This document shows positions 9,105-19,610 of a stretch of DNA of 42,650 nucleotides, one piece after another. The translations under genes were made by a program, and so were the position numbers. Each line of letters begins with the position of its first letter. Within the stretch, counting starts at the first letter, position 1. Under the pieces are notes generated by a model, which saw only the letters and a program-made list of their open reading frames with translations, was not told the DNA's origin and did no database searches. Location: positions 1 to 42,650 of the forward strand of contig CAYJEL010000002.1 of assembly GCA_964369245.1 (NCBI GenBank), in the 5' to 3' direction. The DNA comes from an uncultured Muribaculaceae bacterium (GTDB lineage Bacteria > Bacillota_I > Bacilli_A > RF39 > UBA660).

Positions 9105-9815
9105 ATGACACCACATATTGAAAGTAAAAAAGAAGATATAGCTAGTATAGTTTTAATGCCAGGAGATCCTTTAAGAGCAAAATATATTGCAGAGAATTTT
9201 TTAACTGATTATAAATTAATAAACGAAGTTAGAAATATGTTTGGATACACTGGTTTTTATAAAGGGAAAAGAATCACTGTTTTCGGTTCGGGAATGGGTA
9301 TTCCTAGTATGAGTATATATGCATATGAATTATATAAGTTTTATGATGTTGAAAATATTATTAGAATTGGTTCATCTGGTAGTTTAGATGAAAGTATTAA
9401 GGTAGGGGATGTAGTTTTATCTACAAGTGTTTATTCTGAGAGTAATTTTGCTTATTCTTATAGTAATATTAAAAGAAATATTGAGTATGCATCAGTTGAT
9501 TTAAATAATATAATTAAAAATGTTGCTTCAGATAGAAATATTAAAATAGTTGAAGGTCAAACTATATGTACTGAAATATTTGATCCATATAGTATGAGTG
9601 ATGCTTTTTCTATTAGAATGAAAGATAAAGGTATTGCAGCTGAGATGGAGGCATTCGCTTTATTTCATTTAGCTGATGTTTTAGAGAAAAAAGCTGCTTG
9701 TTTAATGACTGTTTCTGATTCTTCGTTTGAAGAGCGAAAGTTAACTAGTGAAGAAAGAGAATCTAATTTAAATGATATGATTATTTTAGCTTTAGAAAGT
9801 TGTTTGAAGATATGA
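9105..9815 (+). CDS. deoD: Purine nucleoside phosphorylase DeoD-type
   Basis: MTPHIESKKEDIA..GDPLRAKYIAENFL is a typical DeoD N-terminus. The ATG at 9105 has an upstream GGAAGGTAGG RBS; the ORF-track N-terminal extension was rejected. Confidence 0.85.
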   Translation: MTPHIESKKEDIASIVLMPGDPLRAKYIAENFLTDYKLINEVRNMFGYTGFYKGKRITVFGSGMGIPSMSIYAYELYKFYDVENIIRIGSSGSLDESIKVGDVVLSTSVYSESNFAYSYSNIKRNIEYASVDLNNIIKNVASDRNIKIVEGQTICTEIFDPYSMSDAFSIRMKDKGIAAEMEAFALFHLADVLEKKAACLMTVSDSSFEERKLTSEERESNLNDMIILALESCLKI

Positions 9816-11056
9816 ATATAATTGAAATTATTAATAAGAAAAAAAATAAAGAAGTATTAAGTGAAGATGAAATAAATTATTTTATTTCTAATTTAAATAA
9901 TATTGAATCTTATCAAATTTCTGCTTTGTTGATGGCTATTGTTATAAATGGTATGAATAATGATGAGACTGTTTATTTAACTAATGCTATGGCTAATTCT
10001 GGAGATAAGATCAGTTATGATTTTAATACAGTTGATAAACATTCTACTGGTGGTGTTGGTGATAAGGTTACTTTAATAGTAGGACCTATTGTTGCAGCTT
10101 TGGGGTGTAATGTTGCTAAAATGAGTGGACGTGGTTTAGGTTATACTGGTGGTACTGCTGATAAGTTAGAAAGTATTAGTGGTTTTAAAATTAATTTAAG
10201 TGAAGAGGAATTTGTTAAGCAAATTAATGATATTAATATATCTATAATAACTCAAACAAAAAATATTTCTCCCGCGGATAAGGTTTTATATAGTATTCGT
10301 GATGTTACTGCTACTGTTGAAAGTATTCCTTTAATTGCTGCTTCTATTATGAGCAAGAAAATAGCTAGTGGTTCTAAGAATTTGGTAATTGATGTTAAAG
10401 TAGGTAATGGGGCATTTATGAAAAATAAAAAAGATGCTTTAGAGTTATCTAATTTAATGGTTGAAATTGGTAAGGCATATGGTATTAATACTAGGGCTAT
10501 TTTAACTAATATGGATATTCCTTTAGGAAGTAATGTTGGGAATTTTTTAGAAGTAAAAGAAGTTATTGATATTTTAAAAAACAATACTTTATGTGATTTA
10601 AGGGATGTTAGTATAGAAATTGCTTCTAATATGGTAAGTCTTTATATGAATATTGATGTTTTGGAAGCTAAAAAGAAAGTTATTTCAGTATTAGAAAATG
10701 GTTTAGGATATGATAAGTTTAAAGAATTTATTGAATATCAAAATGGTTGTTTAGATAATTATGATTACGATTATAAATATGAGGTTAAAGCAATTGGTGA
10801 TGGGTATTTAAATATTGATGCTTTAAAAGTTGGTGAATTATCGGTTTTATTAGGGGCAGGAAGATTAAAAAAAGATGATGAGATTGATTATAAGGCTGGT
10901 GTTGTTTTAGTTAAAAAAGTTAATGATTATGTTAATATTGGTGACACTTTAGCTTATTTATATACTGAAAATAATATTGAATTAAGTAGTTTAAATTTAT
11001 TTAGTTATAATAAATCTAAAATAGATTATGAAATGATATATGAGGTTGTATGTTAG
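9812..11056 (+). CDS. pdp: Pyrimidine-nucleoside phosphorylase
   Basis: Motifs HSTGGVGDK and SGRGLGYTGGTADKLE. ATGA overlap with the deoD stop at 9812-9815. Confidence 0.9.
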   Translation: MNIIEIINKKKNKEVLSEDEINYFISNLNNIESYQISALLMAIVINGMNNDETVYLTNAMANSGDKISYDFNTVDKHSTGGVGDKVTLIVGPIVAALGCNVAKMSGRGLGYTGGTADKLESISGFKINLSEEEFVKQINDINISIITQTKNISPADKVLYSIRDVTATVESIPLIAASIMSKKIASGSKNLVIDVKVGNGAFMKNKKDALELSNLMVEIGKAYGINTRAILTNMDIPLGSNVGNFLEVKEVIDILKNNTLCDLRDVSIEIASNMVSLYMNIDVLEAKKKVISVLENGLGYDKFKEFIEYQNGCLDNYDYDYKYEVKAIGDGYLNIDALKVGELSVLLGAGRLKKDDEIDYKAGVVLVKKVNDYVNIGDTLAYLYTENNIELSSLNLFSYNKSKIDYEMIYEVVC

Positions 11057-11490
11057 AGGTTGTTAATAAATTAATTTTAAATAATAAAACTATAGCTACT
11101 ATGGAATCATGTACTGGTGGTAAGATTGTTGATGCTATAACTAGTGTAAAAGGAGCTTCATCTATTTTAAAATATTCTTGTGTTACTTATAGTAATGAGT
11201 TTAAAATTAAGATGGGTGTATCTTCTATGTTGATTGATAAGTATACTGTTTACAGTAAAGAAGTAGCTTGTGATATGGCTTATAAAATAAGTTTATATGC
11301 TTCAAGTGATTATGGTATAGGTATTACTGGTAATTTAACTAATATTGGAGATATTGTATATATTTGTGTATATGATAAAGTCAAGGATGAGTATCACAGT
11401 TTTACTTTTTCATCTTCTGATGATAATAGAAAAGATAATAAAGATATAATATGTGAATTAATTACGAATAAGTTAATTAAGATTGTATAA
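11050..11490 (+). CDS. CinA C-terminal domain protein (nicotinamide-nucleotide amidase PncC-like)
   Basis: 146 aa with the MESCTGG motif characteristic of the CinA/PncC domain. Confidence 0.75.
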   Translation: MLEVVNKLILNNKTIATMESCTGGKIVDAITSVKGASSILKYSCVTYSNEFKIKMGVSSMLIDKYTVYSKEVACDMAYKISLYASSDYGIGITGNLTNIGDIVYICVYDKVKDEYHSFTFSSSDDNRKDNKDIICELITNKLIKIV

Positions 11491-11527
11491 AAAAAATTAA
11501 TATAATCAATACTAAATAGGTGATAAA

Positions 11528-12037
11528 ATGAAAACTTTTATTTGTTTAGTTGTGATTATATTTTTTTATGTTTTATTAGGTAATGTATCTGCTTTAGTGA
11601 TACCGGAGGAAGCATTACGAATAAGAGTAATTCCTCATAGTAATGAGGAAGAAGATGTGGTTATAAAAAATATGGTTAAGGAATCGTTACAATATGATAT
11701 ATATAATTTATTAAAAGATATTGATAAATTGGATGATGCTTCTTTAGTGATTGAAGATAATTTAGATTACATAACTAAAAAGATTGATGATTTATTTACA
11801 CTTAAAAATTATAACTATAGTTACAATATTAACTTTGGATTAAATTACTTTCCTAGCAAAGAATATAAAGGAGTTTTATATGAAGAGGGTTATTATGAAT
11901 CTTTAGTAATTACGATTGGTGATGGCAAAGGAGATAACTGGTGGTGTGTTTTATTTCCACCTTTATGTTTAGTAGAAGAAAATAGTAATTTAGAATATAC
12001 TACATATGTTGCTGAGTTAATAGAAAAATATAGCTAG
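11528..12037 (+). CDS. spoIIR: Stage II sporulation protein R
   Basis: Signal sequence, then RIRVIPHSNEEEDVVIK and DNWWCVLFPPLC, which are SpoIIR family hallmarks. Confidence 0.8.
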   Translation: MKTFICLVVIIFFYVLLGNVSALVIPEEALRIRVIPHSNEEEDVVIKNMVKESLQYDIYNLLKDIDKLDDASLVIEDNLDYITKKIDDLFTLKNYNYSYNINFGLNYFPSKEYKGVLYEEGYYESLVITIGDGKGDNWWCVLFPPLCLVEENSNLEYTTYVAELIEKYS

Positions 12038-12055
12038 TAATTCATATTATTAGAT

Positions 12056-12811
12056 ATGAGAAGAATAAAGAAAAAAATTAAAATTCGTTTAAAGAAATCT
12101 TCAGTTGTTATTTTACTTATTTGTGGTGTATTGATTGGACTATTTTTAGCTTTTGATTATGTTAATAAAATGTTTTTACCAATGCTTGTTAGTTATGCTG
12201 AAATTGAGGCATCTAAATTATCTTCGATTATAATTAATAATGCAGTTGGAAAGTATGTTACTGATAATATTGATATTGATGAATTTTTTATTATAACTAG
12301 AGATAATAACGGTGATATAAAAACTATGGATTTTAATCCATTAACTGTAAATAAAATATTAACTGATGTGACAAATAATATCCAGATTAATTTAAAATAT
12401 ATTGAACAAGGGAGGGTAGATTTGTTAACTATTTCTACTGATTCTTTAATTGATTATGATATTGATAAATTAAAAGAGGGTATTATTTATGAAATTCCTA
12501 GTGGTATTGTAACAGGTAATTCGTTGTTATCTAATATCGGTCCTAAAATACCAATTAGATTTAGTTTGATTGGTAACATTTCATCTTATGTTGCAACTAA
12601 AGTTACTAATTATGGTATTAATAATGCTTTGATTGAAATTAATATTGTTTTGGAGTTGACTGAACAATTAATTTTACCATTTGGAAGTGATAAAATGGTT
12701 TTTGAAACTTCTATACCTGTTGGGTTAAAAATGATTCAAGGTAGTGTTCCTGATTATTATATGAATGGAATGGATACAAACTCACCTCTTTTAACTGTTC
12801 CGATAAATTAA
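12056..12811 (+). CDS. yunB: Sporulation protein YunB
   Basis: About 250 aa with an N-terminal TM and a YunB-like core (EIPSGIVTGNSLLSNIGPKIPIRFSLIG ... VTNYGINNALIEI). Confidence 0.7.
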   Translation: MRRIKKKIKIRLKKSSVVILLICGVLIGLFLAFDYVNKMFLPMLVSYAEIEASKLSSIIINNAVGKYVTDNIDIDEFFIITRDNNGDIKTMDFNPLTVNKILTDVTNNIQINLKYIEQGRVDLLTISTDSLIDYDIDKLKEGIIYEIPSGIVTGNSLLSNIGPKIPIRFSLIGNISSYVATKVTNYGINNALIEINIVLELTEQLILPFGSDKMVFETSIPVGLKMIQGSVPDYYMNGMDTNSPLLTVPIN

Positions 12812-12855
12812 TTGTATTTTTTTGTGAGTGGTGTTATACTATAAGTGGTGATATT

Positions 12856-14553
12856 ATGAAGTCTAAGAAAGTAAAAATTATTATTTTTTTAATTATATGT
12901 TGCATATTAGGTTTTTTGCTTTATATGGTAATTAAGCCAATATTGTTTGAAAATACTATAATTTCAGTTGATAAAAGTAAAAATATGTTTATAGCGTCTG
13001 CTACTGAAAGTGTTATTTTATATGATGTTAATTTTAATGAAAGTTTAAATATAAATGTTTCTCGTGGTTTGGAAATAGTTGTTAATGGAGAAGTGTCTTT
13101 TATAAATGAAAAAGAATATTATTTAGTAAATTACAACGGTGTTGATTATTATATTTTAACTAGTGATTTAGTAGATTCACGTGATGAAGTTGTTAAGGAA
13201 GAGTTATTATATGTTAGAACTTCATTAACTTTTTATGAGAATTCGTCTACTATTGATGTAATTGGAATGATTGATAAAGGTAGTGAGATTAGTATTGTTG
13301 GTCATACTGAAGTTTTAGAAGATGGCAGTGTATTAATGTATAAAGTTAATTATAACAATCAAGAAGGATATGTTTATTCTAAATATTTAGTCGATACTTT
13401 AGAAGAATCTTTATTGCATTATGATGAAGAGAATAATTATTTAATCCACAGTAAAAGAACTGATACTTTGTTAGGTGGTAGTGGTGGTAATTTAGATTTC
13501 TATCCACGAGAAAAGGTTTCTTTTGAAAATAATATAATGCCTAGCTATGTTAAAAGTTATTATATCCCTTCACCTGTTTTATATAATATTGACGCTTATA
13601 TTGAGCAAGCTTTAAAAGATGGTATTAATACTTTTGTTGTTGATATAAAAGATAGTACTGTTCCGGCTTATCCAGCAGAAGCTTTTAAAATTTATAGTCC
13701 TACTAATTATGAAAAAGCTGTTAATAGTTATGAAGAGTACCAAAGTGCTATTAAAAAAATTAAGGATGCTGGTATTTATGTTGTTGGTAGAATATCTGTT
13801 TTTAAAGATAGTTATTATGCTATAGATCATCCTGAAAATACTATTGTCGATAATAATACTGGAACTTCTTTAGTTTATAATTCTTCTAAGTGGCCTACTG
13901 CTTTTAGTAGGGAAGTATGGGAATATAATGTTGCTTTAGCTGTTGAATCTGTAAATAATATGGGATTTAATGAAATTCAATTTGATTATGTAAGATTTCC
14001 TGATGGAACTATTTCTAAGGAAAAAAGAGGTGAGTTGAATTTTCAAAATACTTATGGTGAAGATAAAGCTCAAGCAATTCAAAGATTTTTAATGTATGCT
14101 GCTGATGAGTTACATAAGTTGAATGTTTATGTATCAGCTGATGTATTTGGGGAGGCTGCTCATACATATGTTACAGCTTATGGACAATATTGGCCAGCTA
14201 TATCTAATGTTGTAGATGTTATTAGTGCTATGCCATATCCAGATCATTTTGGTACTTATGAATATGGGTATGATGTTCCTGTATGGACTATTCCTTATCA
14301 GTTATTAACTACTTGGGGTGGATTTGCTTATGATAGACAAATGGAAACTCCAACTCCTGCTGTTGTTAGAACGTGGATTCAAGCTTATGATGCTTATAAA
14401 TCTCCAAAGGTTACATATGATTCGGCAATGATTACTCAACAATTAGATGCTTTATATGAAAGTGGATTAACCGGTGGTTTTATGCCTTGGAATGCTAGTG
14501 GAAGTTTAATAAGATACACTAATTTAGGTGATGCATTCGGAAAGGATTATTAA
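12856..14553 (+). CDS. Membrane-anchored putative glycoside hydrolase (DUF4015-like)
   Basis: N-terminal TM, SH3-like repeats and a TIM-barrel-like C-terminal half with GFNEIQFDYVRFPDG. The family assignment is from memory of that motif. Confidence 0.55.
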   Translation: MKSKKVKIIIFLIICCILGFLLYMVIKPILFENTIISVDKSKNMFIASATESVILYDVNFNESLNINVSRGLEIVVNGEVSFINEKEYYLVNYNGVDYYILTSDLVDSRDEVVKEELLYVRTSLTFYENSSTIDVIGMIDKGSEISIVGHTEVLEDGSVLMYKVNYNNQEGYVYSKYLVDTLEESLLHYDEENNYLIHSKRTDTLLGGSGGNLDFYPREKVSFENNIMPSYVKSYYIPSPVLYNIDAYIEQALKDGINTFVVDIKDSTVPAYPAEAFKIYSPTNYEKAVNSYEEYQSAIKKIKDAGIYVVGRISVFKDSYYAIDHPENTIVDNNTGTSLVYNSSKWPTAFSREVWEYNVALAVESVNNMGFNEIQFDYVRFPDGTISKEKRGELNFQNTYGEDKAQAIQRFLMYAADELHKLNVYVSADVFGEAAHTYVTAYGQYWPAISNVVDVISAMPYPDHFGTYEYGYDVPVWTIPYQLLTTWGGFAYDRQMETPTPAVVRTWIQAYDAYKSPKVTYDSAMITQQLDALYESGLTGGFMPWNASGSLIRYTNLGDAFGKDY

Positions 14554-14840
14554 TGAAAAAAGTTATATTAGATAATATAAGTTATGAAATATATAAGGAT
14601 TATAAAAATGGTTTTATTTTAGAAGAATTAGAAAAAAGATATACTGATTTTTTTAATGATTATGATTATATTTTAGGTGATTGGTCATATGGTAAATTAA
14701 GATTAAAGGGTTTTTGTGGTAAAAAAAATTCTTTATATAATAAAATAAATGATTTTAATAAAATTGATGATTATATAAAAAACAATTGCGCTTATGATTG
14801 TAGATATTTTGTAATTAAAAAAATAATGGAAAAGCAGTGA
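14553..14840 (+). CDS. yutD: YutD family protein (DUF1027)
   Basis: 95 aa with the ILGDWSYGKLRLKGF motif typical of YutD. Confidence 0.7.
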   Translation: MKKVILDNISYEIYKDYKNGFILEELEKRYTDFFNDYDYILGDWSYGKLRLKGFCGKKNSLYNKINDFNKIDDYIKNNCAYDCRYFVIKKIMEKQ

Positions 14841-14859
14841 AAGTAATTGCTTTTTTTTT
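14831..14859 (+). terminator. Possible weak intrinsic terminator after yutD
   Basis: AAAGCA pairs with TGCTTT around an 11-nt loop, followed by a T-run. The stem is short and AT-rich. Confidence 0.35.
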
Positions 14860-14891
14860 GAAAAGAAACTATACTATATACGAGGTGTATT

Positions 14892-16220
14892 ATGAAAAAA
14901 GTAAAAGACTTTATTTCTAATATTTGTGATAATGAAAAATTAGTTATTGCTGTATCGGGTGGAATGGATTCTATTTTATTATTACACCTGTTGATAGAAG
15001 TAAAAAATGTTAAAAATTTAATTGTAGCTCATGTTAATCATAATAAAAGAGAAGAAAGTAATGAAGAAGCTTTGTTTGTTGAGAAGTTATGTAATGATAA
15101 TAATATTGTTTTTGAATATAAAATAATAGAGGAATATAATTCTGGTAATTTTCACGATGTTGCTAGAAAGATTAGATATGATTTCTTTAAGGATATTATG
15201 AAAAAACATAACAGTAAAATATTATTAACTGCTCACCATGGTGATGATTTAATTGAAACTATTATGATGCGTATTGTTAGAGGTTCGAATTTAAAAGGAT
15301 ATAGTGGTTTTAGGGAAATGGATAGGTTTTCTGATTATACTTTATATAGACCTTTAATATTTGTTTCTAAAGATGAAATTAAAAATTATGTTATTTCAAA
15401 TAAAATTGAGTATCGTGAGGATAGTTCAAATTTTAAAGATATTTATACTAGAAATAGATTTAGAAGTAATGTTTTACCTTTTTTGAAACAAGAGGATGAA
15501 GAAGTATGTGATAAGTTTTATAATTTTAGTAAAAATATTTATGATAATTATTTATTCATTAATAAAATAACTAATAATTATTTGGATGTTTGTTATAAGA
15601 ATAGTTGTTTGGATTTAAGTTTGTTTTGTGAATATGATGAAGTCATTAAAGATAATATTTTAAATAATATTTTATCTTTAATATATAAAGACAGTATTAA
15701 TTTAATTAATTCTAAACATATTATTTTAATAAAAGAGTTTCTTGATATTAACTCAGGTTATTTAGATTTACCTAAGGGTATTAAGTTGTGTAAATCTTAT
15801 AATAAATTATTTTTTAATATAATAAGTGATGAAGGGTACCAATTTGAATTAAATAAAGAGTTTAAATATTTAAATTATGAAATTAATTTTATAAATAAAA
15901 CTGAATTAAATGGAAATGATATTTGTAGAATTAATTATGATGATGTGACATTACCTCTTATAGTTAGAAGTAAACAAGATGGTGATAGAATAAGTCTTAA
16001 AGGTTTAAATGGAAGTAAAAAGGTTTCAGATATATTTGTTGAAAAGAAAATAAATTTATTGGAGCGAAATAGTTATCCTATTGTTTGTGATAGTGCTGGT
16101 AAATTAATTTGGATTCCAGGTTTAAAAAAATCTAAAATTTGTAGGGAAAATTCTGAAAAATATGATATAATATTTAAGTATAATTATAAGGAGGAAAATA
16201 ATGAATATAAAAGATACTAA
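14892..16220 (+). CDS. tilS: tRNA(Ile)-lysidine synthase
   Basis: PP-loop SGGMDS near the N-terminus. Correct length and position upstream of ftsH. Confidence 0.9.
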   Translation: MKKVKDFISNICDNEKLVIAVSGGMDSILLLHLLIEVKNVKNLIVAHVNHNKREESNEEALFVEKLCNDNNIVFEYKIIEEYNSGNFHDVARKIRYDFFKDIMKKHNSKILLTAHHGDDLIETIMMRIVRGSNLKGYSGFREMDRFSDYTLYRPLIFVSKDEIKNYVISNKIEYREDSSNFKDIYTRNRFRSNVLPFLKQEDEEVCDKFYNFSKNIYDNYLFINKITNNYLDVCYKNSCLDLSLFCEYDEVIKDNILNNILSLIYKDSINLINSKHIILIKEFLDINSGYLDLPKGIKLCKSYNKLFFNIISDEGYQFELNKEFKYLNYEINFINKTELNGNDICRINYDDVTLPLIVRSKQDGDRISLKGLNGSKKVSDIFVEKKINLLERNSYPIVCDSAGKLIWIPGLKKSKICRENSEKYDIIFKYNYKEENNEYKRY

Positions 16221-18045
16221 AAAAGGTTTATTACCTTATGCGTTATTAATTTTAGCGTGTTTATTAATTTTATTTTTTTTCAATTTGTCAAATAATGTTG
16301 TTAATGATATAACTTATGATGAGTTTTTAAAAAATATGGAAGAGAAAAATATAACTGAAGTTGAAATCACGCCTAGAAATAGTGCTGGTGTGTATGAAAT
16401 TAGTGGTAAATTAAATGGTTATGAAGATGGGGAAACTTTTTATTTAAAATTACCTTTATCAAATGAGGTTGTTGCTCAAATATTAAGTAGTGAAAATGAA
16501 TTTGCTTTAACTACAAATTCTGATCCTGAATCAAATGGATTTTTGATTTTATTAGTTAACTTTTTACCAACTATTTTAATTTTAGGAGTAGGTTTTTATT
16601 TTATAACTAGACAAATGGGAGCTGCTAATAAATCTATGGATTTTGGACGTAGTCGTGCTAGATTAAATAGTGATAAAAATAAAGTTAATTTTTCTAATGT
16701 TGCTGGTTTAGAGGAAGAAAAAGAAGAAGTTGCTGAATTAATTGACTTTTTAAAAAATCCTAAAAAATTCCAAAAATTAGGCGCTCGTATTCCTAAGGGT
16801 GTTTTATTAGTAGGTCCTCCGGGAACAGGTAAAACTTTACTTGCTAAAGCTGTTGCTGGTGAGGCTAATGTACCATTTTATTATATAAGTGGATCTGAAT
16901 TTGTTGAATTATTTGTTGGGGTTGGTGCATCACGTGTTCGTGATATGTTTAAAGAAGCTAAAAGAACTGCTCCATGTTTAATATTTATTGATGAAATTGA
17001 TGCTGTTGGGCGTCAAAGGGGTGCTGGTTTAGGTGGAGGTCACGATGAACGTGAACAAACTTTAAATCAATTATTAACTGAAATGGATGGTTTTGGTGCT
17101 AATGAAGGTATCATTATTATTGCAGCTACTAATAGACCTGATGTATTAGATCCAGCGTTACTTCGACCAGGTAGATTTGATCGTCAAGTTCAAGTTAATT
17201 TGCCAGATGTTAAAGGTCGTGAAGAAATTTTAGGTGTTCATGCTAAAGGTAAAACTTTATCTAAAGGTGTAACTTTAAAAAATATTGCGACAAGAACTGT
17301 TGGTTTTTCTGGAGCTGATTTGGAAAATTTATTAAATGAGGCAGCATTACTAGCTGTTAGAAGAAATCGTAATTCTATATCTATGAATGAAATAGATGAA
17401 GCTCATGATCGTGTATTAATGGGACCTGCTAAAAGATCTAAAAAATATACAGAACAAGATAAGAAATTGGTTGCTTATCACGAAGCTGGTCATGCTGTTT
17501 TAGGTATAAAATTAGATGGTGCGAATGATGTTCAAAAGATTACTATTATACCTCGTGGGTATGCTGGTGGTTATACTATGATGTTACCAAAAGAAGAAAG
17601 ATTTACAGCTACTAAAAAAGAGTTAACTGAAAGAATTATTGGTTTATTAGGTGGTAGAGTTGCTGAAGAAATCATATTTGATGAAGTAACTACTGGTGCT
17701 CATAATGATTTTGAACAAGCTACTAAAATAGCTCGTGCTATGGTTTGTGAATATGGAATGAGTTCTTTAGGACCACTTCAATTAGAACAAAATGAAGGTA
17801 GTGTATTCTTGGGTAGAGATTATAATAAAGTAAGAAATTTCTCTTCACAAGTTGCTTTTGAAATTGATCAAGAAATGAGAAAAATCATTGATGATTGTTA
17901 TAAAGAAGCTACTAATATAATTAAGAAAAATAAAAAATTGTTAGATTTATTAGCTGACACTTTACTTGTTAAAGAAACTTTAACTAAAGAAGAAATTGAT
18001 TATTTAGTAGAACATGGTAAATTACCTGAAGAAATGGAAGACTAG
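16201..18045 (+). CDS. ftsH: ATP-dependent zinc metalloprotease FtsH
   Basis: Two TM segments, AAA Walker A GPPGTGKT and zinc motif HEAGHA. RBS AAGGAGG lies inside the tilS 3' end (20-nt overlap). Confidence 0.97.
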   Translation: MNIKDTKKGLLPYALLILACLLILFFFNLSNNVVNDITYDEFLKNMEEKNITEVEITPRNSAGVYEISGKLNGYEDGETFYLKLPLSNEVVAQILSSENEFALTTNSDPESNGFLILLVNFLPTILILGVGFYFITRQMGAANKSMDFGRSRARLNSDKNKVNFSNVAGLEEEKEEVAELIDFLKNPKKFQKLGARIPKGVLLVGPPGTGKTLLAKAVAGEANVPFYYISGSEFVELFVGVGASRVRDMFKEAKRTAPCLIFIDEIDAVGRQRGAGLGGGHDEREQTLNQLLTEMDGFGANEGIIIIAATNRPDVLDPALLRPGRFDRQVQVNLPDVKGREEILGVHAKGKTLSKGVTLKNIATRTVGFSGADLENLLNEAALLAVRRNRNSISMNEIDEAHDRVLMGPAKRSKKYTEQDKKLVAYHEAGHAVLGIKLDGANDVQKITIIPRGYAGGYTMMLPKEERFTATKKELTERIIGLLGGRVAEEIIFDEVTTGAHNDFEQATKIARAMVCEYGMSSLGPLQLEQNEGSVFLGRDYNKVRNFSSQVAFEIDQEMRKIIDDCYKEATNIIKKNKKLLDLLADTLLVKETLTKEEIDYLVEHGKLPEEMED

Positions 18046-18058
18046 AAATAGTCTTTTT
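18040..18058 (+). terminator. Possible weak terminator after ftsH
   Basis: GACTA-gaaa-TAGTC followed by TTTTT. The stem is only 5 bp. Confidence 0.3.
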
Positions 18059-18061
18059 AAT

Positions 18062-18090
18062 TTGACAATTTATTTGGTTGGTGCTATTAT
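18062..18090 (+). promoter_or_regulatory. Putative sigma-A promoter for the 18114 gene
   Basis: TTGACA (18062-18067), a 17-nt spacer ending in TGc, then TATTAT (18085-18090). Confidence 0.45.
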
Positions 18091-18113
18091 AATTCACGAA
18101 ATGAGGGAATTTT

Positions 18114-19118
18114 GTGGATAAAAAAGATTTAGAATTAAAAATCAAAATTGGAAAATTGAATTATTTTATTGAGTTATTTGATAGAGAAAGAGATGATTTG
18201 ATTAAGGCAACTGAGGTTTTTAAAGTTTATAATACCCCTCGTAAATTTATTTTAGCTTATAAGTCTATTATAGATTTTGGTAAAGAAAATCCTTTGTTAA
18301 AAGATAAAATACCTTCTATTATTGATATATATGAAGAATTATTGAAGTTTGAAAAAAATGGTATATATAAAGATAACTTTGCTATTTTAAAAAATAAACC
18401 TAAGACATATGAATATTATTCAGAAGTTATGAAACATTATCTAAAAGATAATATTAGTTATAATAGTTTTATTTTTTATGATAAATTAAATATAAATAAA
18501 TCTATATTCAATTCAGCTGTTAGAAATATTAAAGTGAAGGATACTGAACTTTATAATTTGTATTTATCAAAAGTTGAAGAAAATAAAGAAAAAAAATATA
18601 AAAAAGCTATTTTTGATTTTAGTGAAATAGCTAAAGGAATTAAAACTGGATTCTTATCTAATGATGAAGTATTTGATTTATGTATGTTTTGGAAATTAGT
18701 GCCATTCAAGTATAGTGATGGATTAAAAAATGATTTTTTAGATTTTAAAAAATTTAATAATAAAATTTTGTTTTCTAGTGGTTCATTTTATAAACAGGTT
18801 AGTAGCTTTGTTAGAGCAACTTTGCCAGATGATTGTGATGTAGTTTTAAATTATATGAAGGAAAATAAGTTATTTAATTATATTTATATTAGTTTATCTA
18901 ATTTTAGGTTTGATTCTAATTGTTGTATTTTTTATGGTAAAAATGAGGTTTTTTATAATGAAGTATTTAGTTTAAATGAAGATGAAGTCGTTTTAATACT
19001 TAATTATTTAAAAGATAACGATTTACCTCCTTTATTATCTATATTTAAAATTATGTACATTAAATATATAAATGGTGAGATTGACTTTAGTGTTAAAAAA
19101 ATTGAATTAAAAAAATAA
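18114..19118 (+). CDS. Hypothetical protein (334 aa, no recognisable domain)
   Basis: Long ORF with a GTG start 5 nt after a GAGGGA RBS. No TM or signal sequence and no motif I recognise. Confidence 0.6.
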   Translation: MDKKDLELKIKIGKLNYFIELFDRERDDLIKATEVFKVYNTPRKFILAYKSIIDFGKENPLLKDKIPSIIDIYEELLKFEKNGIYKDNFAILKNKPKTYEYYSEVMKHYLKDNISYNSFIFYDKLNINKSIFNSAVRNIKVKDTELYNLYLSKVEENKEKKYKKAIFDFSEIAKGIKTGFLSNDEVFDLCMFWKLVPFKYSDGLKNDFLDFKKFNNKILFSSGSFYKQVSSFVRATLPDDCDVVLNYMKENKLFNYIYISLSNFRFDSNCCIFYGKNEVFYNEVFSLNEDEVVLILNYLKDNDLPPLLSIFKIMYIKYINGEIDFSVKKIELKK

Positions 19119-19136
19119 CTCGATTACTCGAGTTTT
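19112..19136 (+). repeat. 25-bp direct repeat copy A, containing a terminator hairpin
   Basis: aaaataactcgattactcgagtttt is identical to 20884-20908. The hairpin AACTCG-attact-CGAGTT plus T-run contains the stop codon of the 18114 gene. Confidence 0.9.
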
Positions 19137-19610
19137 TTATATTAAATTGAAGTTGAGGTAATCTTTTGAAAATTGTGATAAAATTTAAATTAGGGATAAA
19201 TCATATTATTTTAGCTAAATTATAATACATCACTAGTTTGTTTAAAATATTAATAGTATCATTTGAAAATTTAGAGAGATAAGCAATGTTCTATATAGAA
19301 AATAAAAATTATCATAGTTGATGAAGATGGTAATTTATGAAATATTATTTGTTTTTACTTATTTTGTTATTAAATTATCTTTTTCTAAAATTAAATAAGA
19401 ATGTTATAGTAATTTATTTAATTTGAATCTAAGAGCAATTTATTAAGAAAAAGAACAAAATATAGATTATATTTAACTGAGGTGAATTTTTTTAATTTTA
19501 ATTAATATTGAAAAAGTCAATATAGTGTCTATTTACTTTTAAACAATATCAAATTTTCTTGTTAAAAAAAATAAAATATGTTAAACTTTTTATAAGATAG
19601 AGGTGTATAT

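Noticed and set aside
15282-15290. GGTTCGAAT, which resembles a tRNA T-arm, prompted a check for tRNA genes.
   Set aside because: It lies inside the tilS reading frame, with no acceptor stem or anticodon arm around it. No tRNA or rRNA genes were found anywhere in the window.
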